Of a DNA stretch of 36,076 nt, positions 33,636 through 36,076 are shown piece after piece. Position numbers and translations under genes: made by a program. Origin of the DNA: Folioceros fuciformis (taxonomy: Eukaryota). The DNA lies in contig JBNGIO010006246.1 in NCBI GenBank assembly GCA_049999805.1, positions 46,736-82,811 of the forward strand, in the 5' to 3' direction. How positions within the stretch are numbered: the first letter of the stretch is position 1; every line of letters starts with the position of its first letter. Under the pieces are notes generated by a model. It saw only the letters and a program-made list of their open reading frames with translations, had not been told where the DNA came from and made no database searches.

Positions 33636-35400
33636 TTGCAGGTCAAGTCTCTAATCCTAGTCTAGATTTTAGGTTTATCATATACGATAAAATTGACATG
33701 CGATGTCAAATATTGTTAGTGTCCAATACATTGTGACAATATTGTATTCTTGCTTTGCAAAGGGTGTTGGCTAATGCGATCTTTAGAATAATGAGAAGTG
33801 GAGGTAGAGTGAGTTTTGCACAATAGGTTGTAGGTAGGCTGAGGCTGGCTTTTGTCATTTCACATGACGACTCTTCTCTTTTTGGTCTTTGGGACTGGTA
33901 GGGTGGTCCTTTTCATCTTTGGAGTTGATGAGATTTTTCATCTTTTTTTAATAAAATTATTCTCATCACTCGTATAAAGATTGTTGGATAAGATATAAAT
34001 TATATAATAATAAAATAATAATAATACTTCACTGAGTACGAAGTAAATCTGTGTTAATTGTGCAACATGCAGGCAGGGCTGCTCCTTGTCAGATATGTCT
34101 GATTTATGTCATGTCTGAGTTGCTACTGCAACCTTGTGGTGCGTGATTGTTTGCAAATCCTTTGTCCCGGTTCATCCAAGATGGTCCATGATATGTATGA
34201 CTGGCAGTATGCGATGAGATATGTACGCCGCGGATCAAGGATCAGTAGCCCAGCATCGGGATGGGAAGGCAGGGCGGGGAGCAAATGGAGGAGATTACGG
34301 ACAGGATCCCAGAAAGAAGCCGGGCCAGACAGTTCCGGAACATTCTCATCATCTCTGTCCAACATTCGGGACCCGCACCCGGAAAAGCATGTGCAGCCAA
34401 AATACGAGTGGGAAAGTGCTGTGAATTGGGATGCGGGGCACATGTCGTCACAGCTATGGAGGTGTAGAAATGAAATCAGAAACTAAAAGCAAACTTTTGT
34501 CCAATTCGTCAGAGCGGTGTCAAAGATCTGGGTGTACGAGCTGCAGCAGACGACTCGTCACGTACGTCTGTTCACCAGTATGAGATGAGTGCGGTACAAG
34601 CATGTCGTCCTGTATGTATGTGCATATGTATGTCCTGAGCGGGAGAACAATGAGAGGTACATGGCGCACTTCCTCGCCTAGCATATATGGCCTAGCCCAC
34701 TCTACGCATTTCAGAGAATGAATGCTGCTGGGAACAAAAAAAAATGAACTACAATGCAATGACCCTCACATCTCTCCACCATGCAAGCGGAGGGTGCTGG
34801 GCAAAAAAATATGCCTGACCTAGCCTGAAGGAAGTGTGACTCGATCACCAAGCAGGGGGTGAGAGAAGGAAAAATGGGCTGTCGGTAATCATCAAGGATG
34901 AAGTGTGTCTGACTGTTAAGGGGATGTACTACACTCGGCTGTCTTCTCCTGCGGAGGGTCTGTGCAGGAGATTGAAAGGCTTGTCAAATTCTAGTTGCAG
35001 ACTATGGAGAGTGGGAGAGAAATGTAGGATAGCCATGGCCTATTGACCTGCGATGAATGCAGGCAGACGGTGTGCAGCTTCACGTCGAAATGACTAGCCA
35101 GCCTGGAGCGCATTCTCTCCCATCCATCCTTCCTTCCTCGATGGCAAACCTAAGCTAATCAGGTACCTTCTCGTGCGGCTAGCTGGTGACGTTCGTCTTG
35201 CTTCTCCACTCTTGACGTGACCAGCTCAAGGCCTGAGACCCAAGAATGTATGCCCTAGGCTTGGAAAATCCCTCCGTCAAGCCTTGTGCTGTTCCCAGGA
35301 AAATGCAGCTGCAGCAGCAGTGATTCCAGAGTAATCCGAATGGCATTGTAGCCATTGTGCTATACATAGACTGTATTTCACGCGTGGATCGTCGTGTAGG

Positions 35401-36076
35401 TCACAAGTCGTCCCACAGCTTGGGATCCGCAAAGGAATCGCCTCCAATGGCGTCGTCGAAGGCGTCCGCTCCTCCAGGCTGGTGCCCTCCCAGCTGCATC
35501 TGCTCCAGCGCCATGGCCTGCCGGAGCTCCAGCTCGTCCAAATCCAACTGCAGGCACGCGCCCGGCGCACTGCACGTGCTGCTGCTCTCCATCGCCCCTA
35601 GCGTTGCTCCAGGACCTGTTCCGCTTCCAGCATTGGCATTGGCAATCCTCTGTTGCTGATGCTCCTGCTCCTGCGGCGGCGGCCGGTGCTGTTGCTGTGG
35701 CTGCTGCCGATGCTGTTGCTGCGACTGCTGCTCCTGGACATGGAACCAGTCATGAGTCGGCGTGGAGAGATTGGAGGATGTGGCTGTGGCCGCCGTGTCC
35801 CCGAGAGAGTCCAGAGCAGAATCTACCCGCTCCCCGGATACCTCCCCCCGCGTACTCATGCTGCTACAGCTAGAGGACATTTCGGCCAGCTTCACCCAGA
35901 ACTGCGCGTCCGGATGCATCAGCATTTGCTGTTGATGCTGCTGCTGCTGTAAATGCTGTCGCTGCATCATCTCGTGTTGCAGCCGATCCATCTCCATTTT
36001 CATCTCGTGTTCCCGCAGTCGCAGCTGTATCTGCAGCTGCACCTCCATCTGCTGCTGCTCCAGCTGGAACTGACCC
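35401..36076 (-). CDS. C-terminal part of a Gln-rich protein, probably a transcription factor; 5' end lies outside the window
   Basis: The frame is open from the window end to the stop at 35401. It has poly-Q tracts, Ser/Thr-rich linkers and an acidic-aromatic terminus (DAFDDAIGGDSFADPKLWDDL*). No DNA-binding domain is visible. Confidence 0.75.
   Translation of the reverse strand, partial: GQFQLEQQQMEVQLQIQLRLREHEMKMEMDRLQHEMMQRQHLQQQQHQQQMLMHPDAQFWVKLAEMSSSCSSMSTRGEVSGERVDSALDSLGDTAATATSSNLSTPTHDWFHVQEQQSQQQHRQQPQQQHRPPPQEQEHQQQRIANANAGSGTGPGATLGAMESSSTCSAPGACLQLDLDELELRQAMALEQMQLGGHQPGGADAFDDAIGGDSFADPKLWDDL

Noticed and set aside
34106-34486. 126-aa ORF and overlapping short ORFs
   Set aside because: No recognisable motif or gene structure; cannot be supported without a search.

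Overview
Eukaryotic nuclear DNA from a gene-dense land plant with short introns (mostly 50-170 nt). A non-seed plant such as a hornwort or Selaginella is likely; this is inferred, not proven. Bases 1-7000 are a decayed block: a LINE endonuclease remnant, an internally deleted RCC1 (At5g48330/RUG2-like) pseudogene, a 90-95 bp repeat, an intronless SAWADEE pseudogene and a ~25-copy 47-bp hairpin array. Bases 7500-26200 are tightly packed genes: an intronless orphan ORF, SMU1 head-to-head with SLX1 (three tandem SIM-like motifs), an At1g30090-type F-box/kelch gene, a P-class PPR gene head-to-head with RRP4, and a CBS/SnRK1-gamma-like gene whose stop lies 29 nt from the RRP4 stop. Bases 26500-32200 are a tandem duplication of [RPB3 pseudogene + conserved ABRE/TATA promoter + secreted KPYKKPEE-repeat gene]. 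An intronless eIF5A-derived ORF lacking most of the hypusine loop follows, then the C-terminus of a Gln-rich protein. Four N gaps are present. Family calls come from manual translation and remembered motifs; no searches were run.
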